This document shows positions 38,338-47,698 of a stretch of DNA of 64,000 bases, in pieces. Position 1 is the stretch's first letter, and the number at the start of each line of letters is the position of its first letter. The position numbers and the translations under genes were made by a program. Source of the stretch: a virus (taxonomy: Duplodnaviria; Caudoviricetes); the IMG/VR virus record IMGVR_UViG_3300044842_000168, positions 11,135 to 75,134 of that record; one strand, given 5' to 3'. The notes beneath the pieces were generated by a model. That model was not told the origin of the DNA and did not search any database. It saw only the letters and a program-made list of their open reading frames with translations.

Positions 38338-39058
38338 CGCGCCGGCCCTCCTCCTCATCGATCATCGCGAGCGTGAGGAAGCAGTGCCCGATGAGGTCCT
38401 GGATGATCTCGCGTGGCTGCTCCGAGGCGAGCGGCTTCCCGTCCCAGATCGACTTCTTCAGCTTGCCCATCTTCCGCCACATGTCCGAGAACTGGCCCCG
38501 GATGCCGAGCACCTTATGGTTCTCGTGTGCGCCGTCGTTGTAGTCTTCGGCCTTGGCGTGGAACTGCTCCCACCACTCGGCCACCAGGAAGTCCCGGATG
38601 TACCGCATGTCCGCCGGGTCGTTGTCCTCCGGCTGTTCGTCAGCCTGTTCGCCGGGCCGGTTGCCGGGGCAGTACCTCTCCTGACCGCCTTCGTCCGGAA
38701 CCCAGTTGTGCTCCGGGTGCTCGGATTCGCTGGAGCACCAGAAGGGGAACGCCTCTCGGTTCACCACGCCGACGCAGTGGATGTCCCCTACCGGCGTAGT
38801 CCAGTCGTGCGGCGCGTGCGGCTCCGGATCGCCGCACGCGCCATCAGGGAGCGGCTCGGGCTTGGCTACGATACCAGAGCAGTACCGGAAGGGCTGCTCG
38901 CCGTACGGACCGTTGAACCAGTTGTGCTCGTCGTGGGGGAGCGGGTTGGGGCACGAGCCCTCATTCGTGCCCGGGCACCACACTTCGTCGTCGATACGGG
39001 TCCAGTTGTGGCCGGGGTGATTCGCCATGTTCCCGCAGTGGAGCGCGCCTCGCTGCAC
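38330..39058 (-). CDS. Four C-H-H-C repeats fused to a DUF1599 / nucleotide-modification-associated domain 1-like domain
   Basis: C-x5-H-x2-H-x-W...C-x-G four times; F..KAEDYN...G.RGQFSDMWRKMGKLK...E.PREIIQDLIGH. Confidence 0.6.
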   Translation of the reverse strand: MQRGALHCGNMANHPGHNWTRIDDEVWCPGTNEGSCPNPLPHDEHNWFNGPYGEQPFRYCSGIVAKPEPLPDGACGDPEPHAPHDWTTPVGDIHCVGVVNREAFPFWCSSESEHPEHNWVPDEGGQERYCPGNRPGEQADEQPEDNDPADMRYIRDFLVAEWWEQFHAKAEDYNDGAHENHKVLGIRGQFSDMWRKMGKLKKSIWDGKPLASEQPREIIQDLIGHCFLTLAMIDEEEGRRDG

Positions 39059-39059
39059 G

Positions 39060-39746
39060 TCAACGACCTCCGTTGATGGTCACGATCTCCCCGGTGTACC
39101 CGGGCGATGGGTTGAGGAGGATGTCCACGGCAGTGCGGGCGACCTCGCTCTTGGTCAGCGGCCGGCCGAGCGGTGAGGACGCGGCCTCATAGCGGTCAGC
39201 GTACTCCCGCGTCCACCCGCGCAGCGCCGGTACCGTGGAGTCCACGTAGTCGGTCATCGGCGTGTCGGCGACCTTGCCAGGGGCGATCGCGTTGACGCGG
39301 ACGTCTGGCGCGAGTTCCCGGGCGGCACAGCGCACCGCCATGTTCAGCGCGGCCTTGGAGGAGCAGTAGGCGATTGACGTACGCATCGGTCGTACCGCCG
39401 CGTCCGAGGACACCGCGAGCACCGAGCGCACCGGAGTTGTCCGCCGGGCGATGATCCCCATCAGCATGATGAAGCCGAAGGTGTTGACGTTGAACAGATC
39501 CTCGACGCCTTCGCGGTAGGTGTCCCGCAACCAACGGAGTTCGTTGACGCCGGCCGAGTACACCACGTGCGTGATGTGGTTGTCGATGATGGATCGCTCC
39601 ATCGTCCAAGCCTTCCGGACGTCCACCGTCGGCTCCGAGTCCGGGCACGCGCCCAGCCGGAACTCGACCTCTTCGCGTCCCCACACCTCTTCGAAGATGG
39701 CGGCCCCGATCCCCGACGTACCACCGATCACCAGAACACGGTTCAC
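39060..39746 (-). CDS. Short-chain dehydrogenase/reductase
   Basis: GGTSGIG, YSAG, SSDAA, YCSSK, RVNAIAPG. Confidence 0.9.
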   Translation of the reverse strand: MNRVLVIGGTSGIGAAIFEEVWGREEVEFRLGACPDSEPTVDVRKAWTMERSIIDNHITHVVYSAGVNELRWLRDTYREGVEDLFNVNTFGFIMLMGIIARRTTPVRSVLAVSSDAAVRPMRTSIAYCSSKAALNMAVRCAARELAPDVRVNAIAPGKVADTPMTDYVDSTVPALRGWTREYADRYEAASSPLGRPLTKSEVARTAVDILLNPSPGYTGEIVTINGGR

Positions 39747-40387
39747 CGGTGCTTCTCCTTCCAGTACCGGATTCCTCCGGATACCAACATATCCAGCTGT
39801 CCCACCGTAGCCCAGCGGATAGCCTTCCCGCCAAGCTCGCTGCTCTCGTTCCAGTATCGGTTGTAGGGCTGGTCGTGCAGCAGGAGGCGCCCGAAGCCGA
39901 CCGCCTCAGCCTGGGCGATCATCTCGGGCAGGTCATCGACGACCGCGACAACCCGCTCGGTACCCACGAGCCGTTTGAGCTCTCGGTACTTGTTGTGCCC
40001 GAACAGTACTGCGTCGTGCTGCATCTTGTTGCGGCGCAACCATTCCCGGGTGTCCGGGTCGATGTTGTCAAGGCGAAGGTATGGACGCGTGGTGCAGATC
40101 CATACCTCTGCGCCGGCGCGCCGCCAGGACCGCACAGCCTCGGGCATCCCTTCCACCACCGGCATGGCGCGTTTGAGACCGCCCTGCCGGTAGGCGAGCT
40201 TGACCCGGCGGTAGGTGGCTTTGCTGACGTGCATGAACTTGTAGAGCGGTAGGCCGGGGTTGTCCTCGGCGACCGGCATGGGGCGTCCGAGGTACATCTC
40301 AGCGAACCGCAGGAACCACTCGTGGTACAGCGCCGAGGTTCCGTCGATGTCCAGGGCCACCACCGGCTTCCGGGACGTGTCGATCAC
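39743..40387 (-). CDS. HAD-superfamily 5'(3')-deoxyribonucleotidase-like
   Basis: VALDIDGT, ICTTRPY, AVVDDLPE, QPYNR. Confidence 0.8.
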   Translation of the reverse strand: MIDTSRKPVVALDIDGTSALYHEWFLRFAEMYLGRPMPVAEDNPGLPLYKFMHVSKATYRRVKLAYRQGGLKRAMPVVEGMPEAVRSWRRAGAEVWICTTRPYLRLDNIDPDTREWLRRNKMQHDAVLFGHNKYRELKRLVGTERVVAVVDDLPEMIAQAEAVGFGRLLLHDQPYNRYWNESSELGGKAIRWATVGQLDMLVSGGIRYWKEKHR

Positions 40388-41037
40388 TCGTCGTCCCTCC
40401 ACCACCAGATGCGCCCGTCGCTGAGGATGTCAACCTTGAACTCACGTCGCTCGTACGGGTCGTCCTCCTCCGGCCGGCGCCACACCGGCGCCGGGAAGAA
40501 CTCCTGCCCGTCCGGTCTGATCATCACGCAGCCCTGGTGCAGGACGGATGTGGAGTGGATCACGGCCGGCGTCCGGTCATACCAGATTTTCCGGCCCAGC
40601 AGCTGCTCGGCGGCCGTCTGCCCGGCGCCCCAGTTGATCGCGGCGTGATCGGCGAGCTTGTGAACGGCCATCTCCATCGACCGCAGCGCGTGCGAGACGT
40701 CGGTACCGCCGTGACCCTCGTACACCTGCTCTCCGTCGATCTTGATCCACCACCAGATCTCGCCCCGGATCTCGTCACGGCCCTTCCAGTCGTTCACCTC
40801 CCGACTGTTCTCGGTGTGCAGGCCGGTCTCGACGTGGTAGAAGTGGCCTCGGTGGCGGGACCAGTGTCCCGGCTTCGTCTCGGCCCACCACACGCTGTCA
40901 GGCTTCGGCGGCTCGGGGCCGTAGTGGCGCGGCTGTCCGAGTGCGAGTCGCGCGTCACGGATGTTCTGGCCGTGGCCGAACTTCACCGTTCGCTTGGTGG
41001 TGTGGAGTTCGGCAGGGACGTAGTTGTCATCCGGCAT
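40384..41037 (-). CDS. Hypothetical protein
   Basis: About 217 aa Trp-rich ORF, GTGA-coupled to the HAD gene. Confidence 0.55.
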   Translation of the reverse strand: MPDDNYVPAELHTTKRTVKFGHGQNIRDARLALGQPRHYGPEPPKPDSVWWAETKPGHWSRHRGHFYHVETGLHTENSREVNDWKGRDEIRGEIWWWIKIDGEQVYEGHGGTDVSHALRSMEMAVHKLADHAAINWGAGQTAAEQLLGRKIWYDRTPAVIHSTSVLHQGCVMIRPDGQEFFPAPVWRRPEEDDPYERREFKVDILSDGRIWWWRDDE

Positions 41038-41827
41038 TGGATAGCACCTCACAGGCGGTTTCGTAGGCGTGGTGTGACAGGACGTCCTTGCGCCATGTGC
41101 CGTACCGGCCGAGGCCGACGACGGAGATGCCCCGTAGACAGGTGCAGGATGTCCGTACGGGCTTGTTCACGATCGCGGCGGCCGGATCCACCCCGTCCGC
41201 ATACGAGGCCGAGAGCGGCCATTCTACGGTCTTGTGCCCGTAGATGTTGCTGACGCGGTACCAGACGTCCTCCGGGCGCCCGGAGCAGATCACCGTGAAG
41301 GGCGGGCAGTCGATCGAGACGCGCTGCGAGATCGGCGGCGCGTCCCCCATCGCCCACACCGAGGTCTCCACGAAGCTGTGGTTGCGGTTCGAGCACAGGT
41401 CAACGAGCGGGAGGGTGGAGAGGATCGGGGCGGCCGGCTCGCTCTCCCGTAGCCGCACCACATCGACCATCTTCAGACGTCCGACCGGGAGCACGCGCCA
41501 GCCGTACGCTTCCCAGGCTCGGTCGTACGCCTCACGGATGTCCCATGCCTTGTGGGTGCTGCTGAGAACCTCTGGTGAGACGGGGTTGACCGCCTCGGGG
41601 CCGTACACCTTGCGCCGGTAGCCGTCCGAGTTCCCCAGAAGCTTGTATTGCACTTCGTACGGGTCGCGGCGTGACAGGCCGGGGATCGGGGCGTGCAGAT
41701 ACTGCGCACCGAACATGGTGGACTTGCGGGCCTTCTCCGCGAACAGCACCGGCGTGTGCCCCAGGGCGTGTGCTGCGTGCGCCGCGAACATGCCGGCCGG
41801 CCCGGCGCCGAGGATGTAGACCTTCAC
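41027..41827 (-). CDS. FAD-dependent oxidoreductase
   Basis: ILGAGPAGMFAA Rossmann motif, GAQYLH, GRYGTW C-terminal FAD motif. Confidence 0.8.
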   Translation of the reverse strand: MKVYILGAGPAGMFAAHAAHALGHTPVLFAEKARKSTMFGAQYLHAPIPGLSRRDPYEVQYKLLGNSDGYRRKVYGPEAVNPVSPEVLSSTHKAWDIREAYDRAWEAYGWRVLPVGRLKMVDVVRLRESEPAAPILSTLPLVDLCSNRNHSFVETSVWAMGDAPPISQRVSIDCPPFTVICSGRPEDVWYRVSNIYGHKTVEWPLSASYADGVDPAAAIVNKPVRTSCTCLRGISVVGLGRYGTWRKDVLSHHAYETACEVLSNAG

Positions 41828-42033
41828 GCGCTCTCCTCTTCACGATGCCAATGGTTGAAGTCGTTCTGCTTGTGCAGCCAAGCGTGGTACAGCTCCCAGG
41901 CGGACCGGGCTGCCATCCTCTTGCCGTACCTGCCAAGCCATCGCATCCGAAGTGCGTCGGCATGGCGCTTCTCCAGATGGTTGATGAAGTGTTCGTCAGT
42001 CATACCAGCGACGGCCGGAACCACGATAGTCAC
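41824..42033 (-). CDS. Hypothetical protein
   Basis: GTGA overlap; HFINHLEKRH...WHAWLH. Confidence 0.5.
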   Translation of the reverse strand: MTIVVPAVAGMTDEHFINHLEKRHADALRMRWLGRYGKRMAARSAWELYHAWLHKQNDFNHWHREEESA

Positions 42034-42056
42034 GAAGGAGCCCTCTCGGGGGAGGC

Positions 42057-42093
42057 GGACCGGGGCGGCGACAGTCTACCGCCGCCCCGGTCC
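42057..42093 (-). terminator. Hairpin terminator after SSB
   Basis: GGACCGGGGCGGCG-9 nt-CGCCGCCCCGGTCC. Confidence 0.7.
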
Positions 42094-42104
42094 TACAGGC
42101 GAGG

Positions 42105-42803
42105 CTAGAACGGCGCCTCGTCGTCGTCCTCGTCCTCGTCCTCGTCCGGCTCGGGCTCGGCGCGCCGCCGCGCCTTCTTCGCCGGAGCCGCCTTCTTGCC
42201 GGCCTTCTTCGCGGGCCGGCGCGGCGGCTCGTCCTCCTCGTCCTCGTCCTCGACGTCCGCCACGGACGGCTTCGCGGCCTTGCGGCCGGTGGCCTTCTTG
42301 CGGGCCGGCTTCGCGGTCTCCTCGTCCACCGGGGCGTAGCGGGTCGGCCGCAGCTTGTCGTCGTACTCGCCGCCCTTGTCGACCTCCAGCTTCAGGCGCG
42401 AGCGCACCTGCAGGCCGTTCATCTTCAGCGAGCCGATCTTGGTGATGACCGGCGGCTCTTCGTCGTTCACGACGCAGCCGCCCGACACGAAGTCGTTGTA
42501 GTCCGCGCCGATCGCGTCCAGGAACGGCTTGAGCCGGAACAGCGTCGAGGGCAGGATGGTGATCCGGTCCCACACCGGGCACCCCACGTAGTCGGCCAGC
42601 TCCGGGTCGTCGTCGGGGTTGTTGAACGTCATGTGGATCACCAGCATGTCGTTCCCGGCGGACGACTCGTCCACCTTGACCCAGTCGATGTCCAGAACGT
42701 ACCAGCCGGGGGTGGGCAGCAGTTCGCCGTCGTAGTCGTCGAACCCGCCGACCTCGGTGTCCTCCAGCTCACGGGCCGAGATGTCGAACTTCATCTTGGG
42801 CAA
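42105..42803 (-). CDS. ssb: Single-stranded DNA-binding protein (DUF669-like OB fold)
   Basis: PTPGWY...SSAGNDML...VWDRI...FRLKPFLDA; acidic tail ending EAPF; follows the AAA gene. Confidence 0.7.
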   Translation of the reverse strand: MPKMKFDISARELEDTEVGGFDDYDGELLPTPGWYVLDIDWVKVDESSAGNDMLVIHMTFNNPDDDPELADYVGCPVWDRITILPSTLFRLKPFLDAIGADYNDFVSGGCVVNDEEPPVITKIGSLKMNGLQVRSRLKLEVDKGGEYDDKLRPTRYAPVDEETAKPARKKATGRKAAKPSVADVEDEDEEDEPPRRPAKKAGKKAAPAKKARRRAEPEPDEDEDEDDDEAPF

Positions 42804-42820
42804 CAGTTGCTCCTGGGTTG

Positions 42821-43621
42821 TCAGGCGGCCGGCGTGCGCCGGGTCCGCGTCTTCTTGGGTCCCTCGATGAGGGAGATGAGGTCGGGGATGGTGGCGTCGT
42901 CCGTCCACCGTCCGAGCCGATCGAACTGGTCCTTGGCGAAGTACGGACCCCATGTCTGCCACAGAATCCGCCGAACCGGCCTGCCCTCCTTGTTCTCTGC
43001 CACGGACATGTACCCCACCGCGTCCATCAGGCCGCAGACGTACTGGGAAACCATGCCCTTCTTACCATCGAGGCCGGGCGCCACAACGTCCTCGCCGTCC
43101 TCGTCCTCTGACCGCGCCGGGTGCGCGAGCCAGAGCGTGTTGATCGGGGCGTCCACCATCTGTGCCACCCAGTCCTCGAACATCAGGTGCCACTTGCCCC
43201 GGTCTTGCAGCGCGGGGATGTACTTGTCCCGCTTGGGGTTCGCGGCCACCACATCGTCGAGGATTGAGCGCAGCGCCTTCTTCTGGGTCGTATCGGCGGT
43301 GTCGATCACGATCCAGTCGAATGGCCGGTATGCCGGATCTTCGTTGGTGACCTTCTCCAGGATGTCGACCGCATCGAACCAGGTGTCAATCCGGCGCAGC
43401 TTCGCCTTTGACCCCTGACGCTTCGCAGCCTTCGCGCCCGGCTCGGCCGACGCGATGAGGGCGTTGGGCGCCGTACCGCCCAGCACCGTCTTGCCGACGC
43501 CCGAGTCCCCGTAGACCAGGAGGTTGTAGCTCTCGCCGAACTCCTCCAGATCCACGATCGCGGTGGCCCGAGGCGCCGTCTTCTCCGGTGCAGCGGGCCT
43601 TGCCCGCCTCTTAGGTGGCAC
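42821..43621 (-). CDS. AAA-family ATPase (AAA_24 / Sak4-like)
   Basis: LLVYGDSGVGKT, IVIDT, LWLAH, DAVGYM, AKDQF. Confidence 0.85.
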   Translation of the reverse strand: MPPKRRARPAAPEKTAPRATAIVDLEEFGESYNLLVYGDSGVGKTVLGGTAPNALIASAEPGAKAAKRQGSKAKLRRIDTWFDAVDILEKVTNEDPAYRPFDWIVIDTADTTQKKALRSILDDVVAANPKRDKYIPALQDRGKWHLMFEDWVAQMVDAPINTLWLAHPARSEDEDGEDVVAPGLDGKKGMVSQYVCGLMDAVGYMSVAENKEGRPVRRILWQTWGPYFAKDQFDRLGRWTDDATIPDLISLIEGPKKTRTRRTPAA

Positions 43622-43781
43622 TATCGTCCTCCTTGCATTCCTTGTGGATCCAGCCACCGTCCTCTTCGGAGTTGACGATGCGGTCTCCGGGATAGATGCG
43701 CTCGCCACAGTCGGCGGCGCAGTCGCTCTCGTACTCGGCCTCGATGCCCTCGTCATCAAGAGAGAACTTACGAATGGGCAT
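43611..43781 (-). CDS. Small Cys/His Zn-binding protein
   Basis: CAADCGERIYPGD...WIHKEC. Confidence 0.55.
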   Translation of the reverse strand: MPIRKFSLDDEGIEAEYESDCAADCGERIYPGDRIVNSEEDGGWIHKECKEDDSAT

Positions 43782-43998
43782 AGGGAACCAGCCGGTCGTA
43801 GTTGTCGTACAGGTAGTTGGAGCGGTACACACCATCGGAGGGCGAAGCGGTAGCGCCGTACCGGTACCGCGCGACCCGCACGCCGTCACGTGATATGTAC
43901 AGCTCCTCTCGGAAGATGGGCAGAGGGATCTCGTCGTCTGGATATTCTTCCCAGGCTCCGCCGACCGGGCCACCGTCGAAGATGATGGTGTGGCTCAC
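43768..43998 (-). CDS. Small protein with GGPxxG motif
   Basis: IIFDGGPVGG...YRY; GTGA overlap. Confidence 0.5.
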   Translation of the reverse strand: MSHTIIFDGGPVGGAWEEYPDDEIPLPIFREELYISRDGVRVARYRYGATASPSDGVYRSNYLYDNYDRLVPYAHS

Positions 43999-44342
43999 TT
44001 CATCACCACCCACTCGCTGACGTCCCACACGTTCTGTGGGCCGCCCTCGCGCCGGATCAGCCGGCACGTCTCGACCTCGTGGAGGCAAGGGACCAGACGG
44101 TTGATCCGGACTGGCATGCGAATGCGAAGTGGTTCCCAGGGGGCGATACCGTCCTCAAAGGACGGTCCAGACTGCACCCAGAAGGCGAAGACGGCTGAGT
44201 TGCACCTCGGGCACGGCGGAGCCTTCGACAGCTGCTCTGTGCCCGGTCCGACCAGTCCGGGAGGGCAGAACAGCATGCCGCCCTCGTCACCTTCGAACTC
44301 GATTCCGACCGGCCCGGATGGGTTGCGTACCTTGATGATCAT
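43995..44342 (-). CDS. Hypothetical protein (CxxC)
   Basis: CPRC...PCLHE; ATGA overlap. Confidence 0.45.
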   Translation of the reverse strand: MIIKVRNPSGPVGIEFEGDEGGMLFCPPGLVGPGTEQLSKAPPCPRCNSAVFAFWVQSGPSFEDGIAPWEPLRIRMPVRINRLVPCLHEVETCRLIRREGGPQNVWDVSEWVVMK

Positions 44343-44686
44343 GGTTGCTGTGGCCACCCGCCTTCCCAGCTCGCGATGTGCGTCCACTCGTACAGGTAGT
44401 GCTCCGGCGCCGCGTCGAGATCCATAACACAGAAGTCGGGCATGGTGGTCTTGAGCGAGACGCGCGACACGAAGTGTCCGCACGGCTCGACCATGATCAG
44501 ACCCCAGGACTTGCGGAACTCGTTGAACTTCCCCCAGCCAGCCCGTGTGAAGTAGCGGAGTTCCTCCACTTCTTCGCCGCACGTTGGACAGGATGCCTCG
44601 CCCCGGTTGGTTATCGGCGTGGCCTCGACCGCCTTGACCACGAGGTCGCCAACGGACAGGGCCACTTCTTTGAGCTGCAGGCTCAC
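44339..44686 (-). CDS. Hypothetical protein (CxxC...C.H)
   Basis: CPTCG...PCGH. Confidence 0.5.
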   Translation of the reverse strand: MSLQLKEVALSVGDLVVKAVEATPITNRGEASCPTCGEEVEELRYFTRAGWGKFNEFRKSWGLIMVEPCGHFVSRVSLKTTMPDFCVMDLDAAPEHYLYEWTHIASWEGGWPQQP

Positions 44687-44868
44687 TGAACCTCCTCGCC
44701 GGCCGCGTCCTTCTCGGTCATGTTCACGATCCGAGCCTTGATCTCCTCCAGCCGATCGCAGATGTAGTCCGCGTCGGCCGGATAGATGCGCCCCATAGCG
44801 AGCGCCCGACGGGTCCGCCGAAGCAGCCTATCAGCCTCGGCGGTCCCGTTGACCTTGAGCGTCTTCAC
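44683..44868 (-). CDS. Hypothetical protein
   Basis: GTGA coupling; MKTLKVNGTAEADRLL. Confidence 0.5.
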   Translation of the reverse strand: MKTLKVNGTAEADRLLRRTRRALAMGRIYPADADYICDRLEEIKARIVNMTEKDAAGEEVQ

Positions 44869-45647
44869 TGCTTGGCCCTCCGGGCCAGACCGTGGTTGAG
44901 GAACCAGTCCACGAACGAGACGATGATGAAGTGCCGGCCGGCGTTCGTGTTGCGCTGCACCGACTGGAGCTTGAACCGGAACGCCTTCAGGAACTCGGCG
45001 TCTTCCTTGATGGTCTTGACGATGACGTCGGTGGGCACGCCGTTCACTTTCGCCTGCCAGAAGGCGACGCCGAACCACGCCGAGATGTCCGGCTTGGGGT
45101 CGACACCGGCCCGCCGGCACAGATCCCGTCCGTTGGCCTCGCCCCACTCCCAGGCGTGCATCAGCCCGGAGCCGGACCGGCTCAGCGAGTCCTTCCGCTC
45201 CTGCAGGAACGGCAGCAGCTCCTCCTTGTCCTTCGGGTACCGGCCGGCGTTGTAACTCGCGAACAGCGTGCGGGCGAAGGCGTAGAACGACGTGGCCTGG
45301 TTCCAGAAGCGCTCCGGCAGGATCGCCCGCGCGACCACGTACGCCTCGGCTGGGGACGTCCGCGCCGTCTCGCTCGGCTCGCCCCCGTTCCGGTGCTTCG
45401 GCTGCGCCTTGCTGGGGTTCCACCCGCCCTCGATCACCTTGAGCCGGCCGACTACGCCGTCCAGCGTCTCGTGCAACAGCGCGCAGTGCTCCTCCAACTG
45501 CGTGACCCGGGCGTAGAGGTTGCTGGTGCTGTCGCTGACCGCCTCGGCAAAGTTGTTGAGGTCGGGACCCAAAGTGCCCTCATACTCCTTGAGGGCGTCC
45601 CCCCTCTCCATCAGCGCCATGATCCTGTCGTCGTCCTCAGTCTTCAC
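44865..45647 (-). CDS. Hypothetical protein (coiled coil plus helical domain)
   Basis: 260 aa, high GC3, RBS present. Confidence 0.6.
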   Translation of the reverse strand: MKTEDDDRIMALMERGDALKEYEGTLGPDLNNFAEAVSDSTSNLYARVTQLEEHCALLHETLDGVVGRLKVIEGGWNPSKAQPKHRNGGEPSETARTSPAEAYVVARAILPERFWNQATSFYAFARTLFASYNAGRYPKDKEELLPFLQERKDSLSRSGSGLMHAWEWGEANGRDLCRRAGVDPKPDISAWFGVAFWQAKVNGVPTDVIVKTIKEDAEFLKAFRFKLQSVQRNTNAGRHFIIVSFVDWFLNHGLARRAKQ

Positions 45648-46773
45648 CTTGCGTCTCCTCTCGATGGTCCGCGTACGGGTCCTCCACCCGATACGCGGAC
45701 TGCTTGAAGTGCTCCCAACCCGGAGCCTGCGAGTCGTGCAATACGCACAAGTCGAAGAACTCGCAGCTGCCGCAGTTGGAGGTCGTGTGCTTGACCAGAG
45801 GGAGTTGCTTACGGCGCACAGCCTCCATCCACAGCGCCTCCTCCTGGATCTTGCGAATCTGTTGCGCCCGTTGGCGAGCGGTCTTGACTACCAGCTTCCG
45901 CTCGAACAGCGGGCGCGGCTGTGCCTTGGACCGGTCGCCCAGCACCGTCAGCCCCCGGCGCGCGGCGATCTCAGCCATGCCAGCGAGCGTCAGCGAGCGC
46001 GAGACGTCGGGCATGGCCGCCAGATAGTGCTCCTTCTTGGGCTGGTTGGTGGCGTACCCCTCCGCGTCGCGCGGCCGGTCGTCGGGCAGCGCTTTCCGGA
46101 GGTAGTTGTAGGTGATGCCCTTGAGCTTCGTTCCGGCCGGCACTAGTCCTTGGTGGATGATGGTCTGGGCTGCAACGGCGAAGTACGAGCCGGCCTGGTC
46201 GTCCAGCTCCAGATGCGATCCGTTGGGGATGGAGCTGGCTGTTTTGTGCTCCATGAGGAACAGGTCGCCGTTACGGGTGGCGAGGTCGCGGTACACCCCG
46301 TCGTACGTCAGGCAGTAGATCACGATGGCCTCACCCGGCTTCGTCGGGTGTGGGATGTCGATCTGTGTGGAGTACTCGGGCTGGATGACGTGCCAGTTGT
46401 CGTCGCGCCCGTACTCCTTGACGTACTCCCCCAGCAACACCTCGCCGAGTTCAGCAGCCTCCACCATACGTTCTTCGGTGAAGTACTCGCCGGCCGAGGT
46501 ATCAGCAGCCTTCGCCACGGACCGGACGAAGGTGGGCTCGGCGAACTTGGAGCAGTACTCCCGCCACGTCTCTACCGGGTGCGGTCCGCGCTTCCGCCCG
46601 GGGCCGCAGTACCACTCAGCAAGCGCGAGGTGTACGCCCGTGCCGAACCAGAAGGCGTCGCGCGGCCGGCCCTTCGGCACGAGCCCTTCGCGCCAGCTCC
46701 ACCACCACTTCTGGGGACACTGCTTGAACGTCCGGCGCTCACTCGTCCGGAGGAACGGAACGCGGCGGCTCAC
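45637..46773 (-). CDS. Cas4-like / PD-(D/E)XK exonuclease
   Basis: RTSERRTFKQCPQKW, FGTGVH, YDGVY..LMEHKT, DDQAGSY, NCGSCEFFDLC. Confidence 0.85.
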   Translation of the reverse strand: MSRRVPFLRTSERRTFKQCPQKWWWSWREGLVPKGRPRDAFWFGTGVHLALAEWYCGPGRKRGPHPVETWREYCSKFAEPTFVRSVAKAADTSAGEYFTEERMVEAAELGEVLLGEYVKEYGRDDNWHVIQPEYSTQIDIPHPTKPGEAIVIYCLTYDGVYRDLATRNGDLFLMEHKTASSIPNGSHLELDDQAGSYFAVAAQTIIHQGLVPAGTKLKGITYNYLRKALPDDRPRDAEGYATNQPKKEHYLAAMPDVSRSLTLAGMAEIAARRGLTVLGDRSKAQPRPLFERKLVVKTARQRAQQIRKIQEEALWMEAVRRKQLPLVKHTTSNCGSCEFFDLCVLHDSQAPGWEHFKQSAYRVEDPYADHREETQGED

Positions 46774-46997
46774 GGGCGACCCCGCTTCTTCAGCGAGTAG
46801 GCCGAGTGCAAGCAGGTACCGATCGGGTACGGCCCGTTGCAGATCAGGTAGGACTTGTTGGGGTCGCAGTGGCGCGGCGCCACCTGCCACCGACGCATCT
46901 CGCTTCGGTAGTACTGCCAGATTTCGGCCTTCGTCCACCCGCGTTCGTCCGGAAGCTCGCGATGGAACCACCGATAGGCCGCTGTACGCCGGCTCAT
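46770..46997 (-). CDS. Hypothetical protein
   Basis: 75 aa, GTGA overlap. Confidence 0.45.
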   Translation of the reverse strand: MSRRTAAYRWFHRELPDERGWTKAEIWQYYRSEMRRWQVAPRHCDPNKSYLICNGPYPIGTCLHSAYSLKKRGRP

Positions 46998-47105
46998 GCG
47001 TCCTCCTCTCCCGATAGGAGGGGCCAGGAAACCACCCTAGAATGGCCTCCTGGCCCCGAACGGCCGGCGCGGGTCTTCCCCTCCCCTACCGGCCCTCGGC
47101 AGCGC

Positions 47106-47573
47106 CTAGAACGGCGCCTCCAGCTCCTCGTCCTCGTCCGCGTCGTCCTCGGCCGGCGCCGCGCGCCGCCGGGACTTGGCCGCCGTCTTCTTCGCGGCCT
47201 TGGCCGGGCGCGGGGCACCCTTGCGGGCGCGCTTCGGGGCCGGCGCCTCCTCCTCGGCCTCCTCCTCGGCCTCCTCCAGCTCCTCGGCCGCCTCCTCGGC
47301 CTTCTTGGCCGCCTTCTTCTTGGCCTTGGCCTTGGCCGGCGCGTCGTCGGTCCGCAGCGCGGCCAGCCGCTCCTGGTTGGCCTCGGACTTCTGGTGCTCC
47401 ATCCGGAGCGCCACCGTCAGCTTCACGCCCATGGCGAACGCCTCGGCCTTGGTCCGGGCCTTGGTCGGGTCGTACTCCGTCACCTCCTGCAGCCAGTCGG
47501 TGATGTGCTCCTGCAGCGCGGTCGGCGCCTTGTCGACGTACGCCGTGTAGTCCTTGGCCTCGCTCTTCGCCAT
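47106..47573 (-). CDS. Lys/Ala/Glu-rich protein with SSB-like acidic EAPF tail
   Basis: N-terminal helical domain, KKAAKK low complexity, ends EDEELEAPF. Confidence 0.7.
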   Translation of the reverse strand: MAKSEAKDYTAYVDKAPTALQEHITDWLQEVTEYDPTKARTKAEAFAMGVKLTVALRMEHQKSEANQERLAALRTDDAPAKAKAKKKAAKKAEEAAEELEEAEEEAEEEAPAPKRARKGAPRPAKAAKKTAAKSRRRAAPAEDDADEDEELEAPF

Positions 47574-47698
47574 GGGTTTCCCTTCCGTCTCGGCGAACCT
47601 TACCGTGTGATCTCGAATGCCGCTAGAAGTGACTACTTTTTGATCACTTTTACCAGCTGCATATCACAGCGACCGGGCAAGCCTACCTGATGCAGTGG

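Noticed and set aside
45637-46773. Cas4-like nuclease as part of the RAMP/array system
   Set aside because: It lies about 4 kb away in the usual AAA-SSB-helicase recombination module, where such nucleases are common in actinophages.
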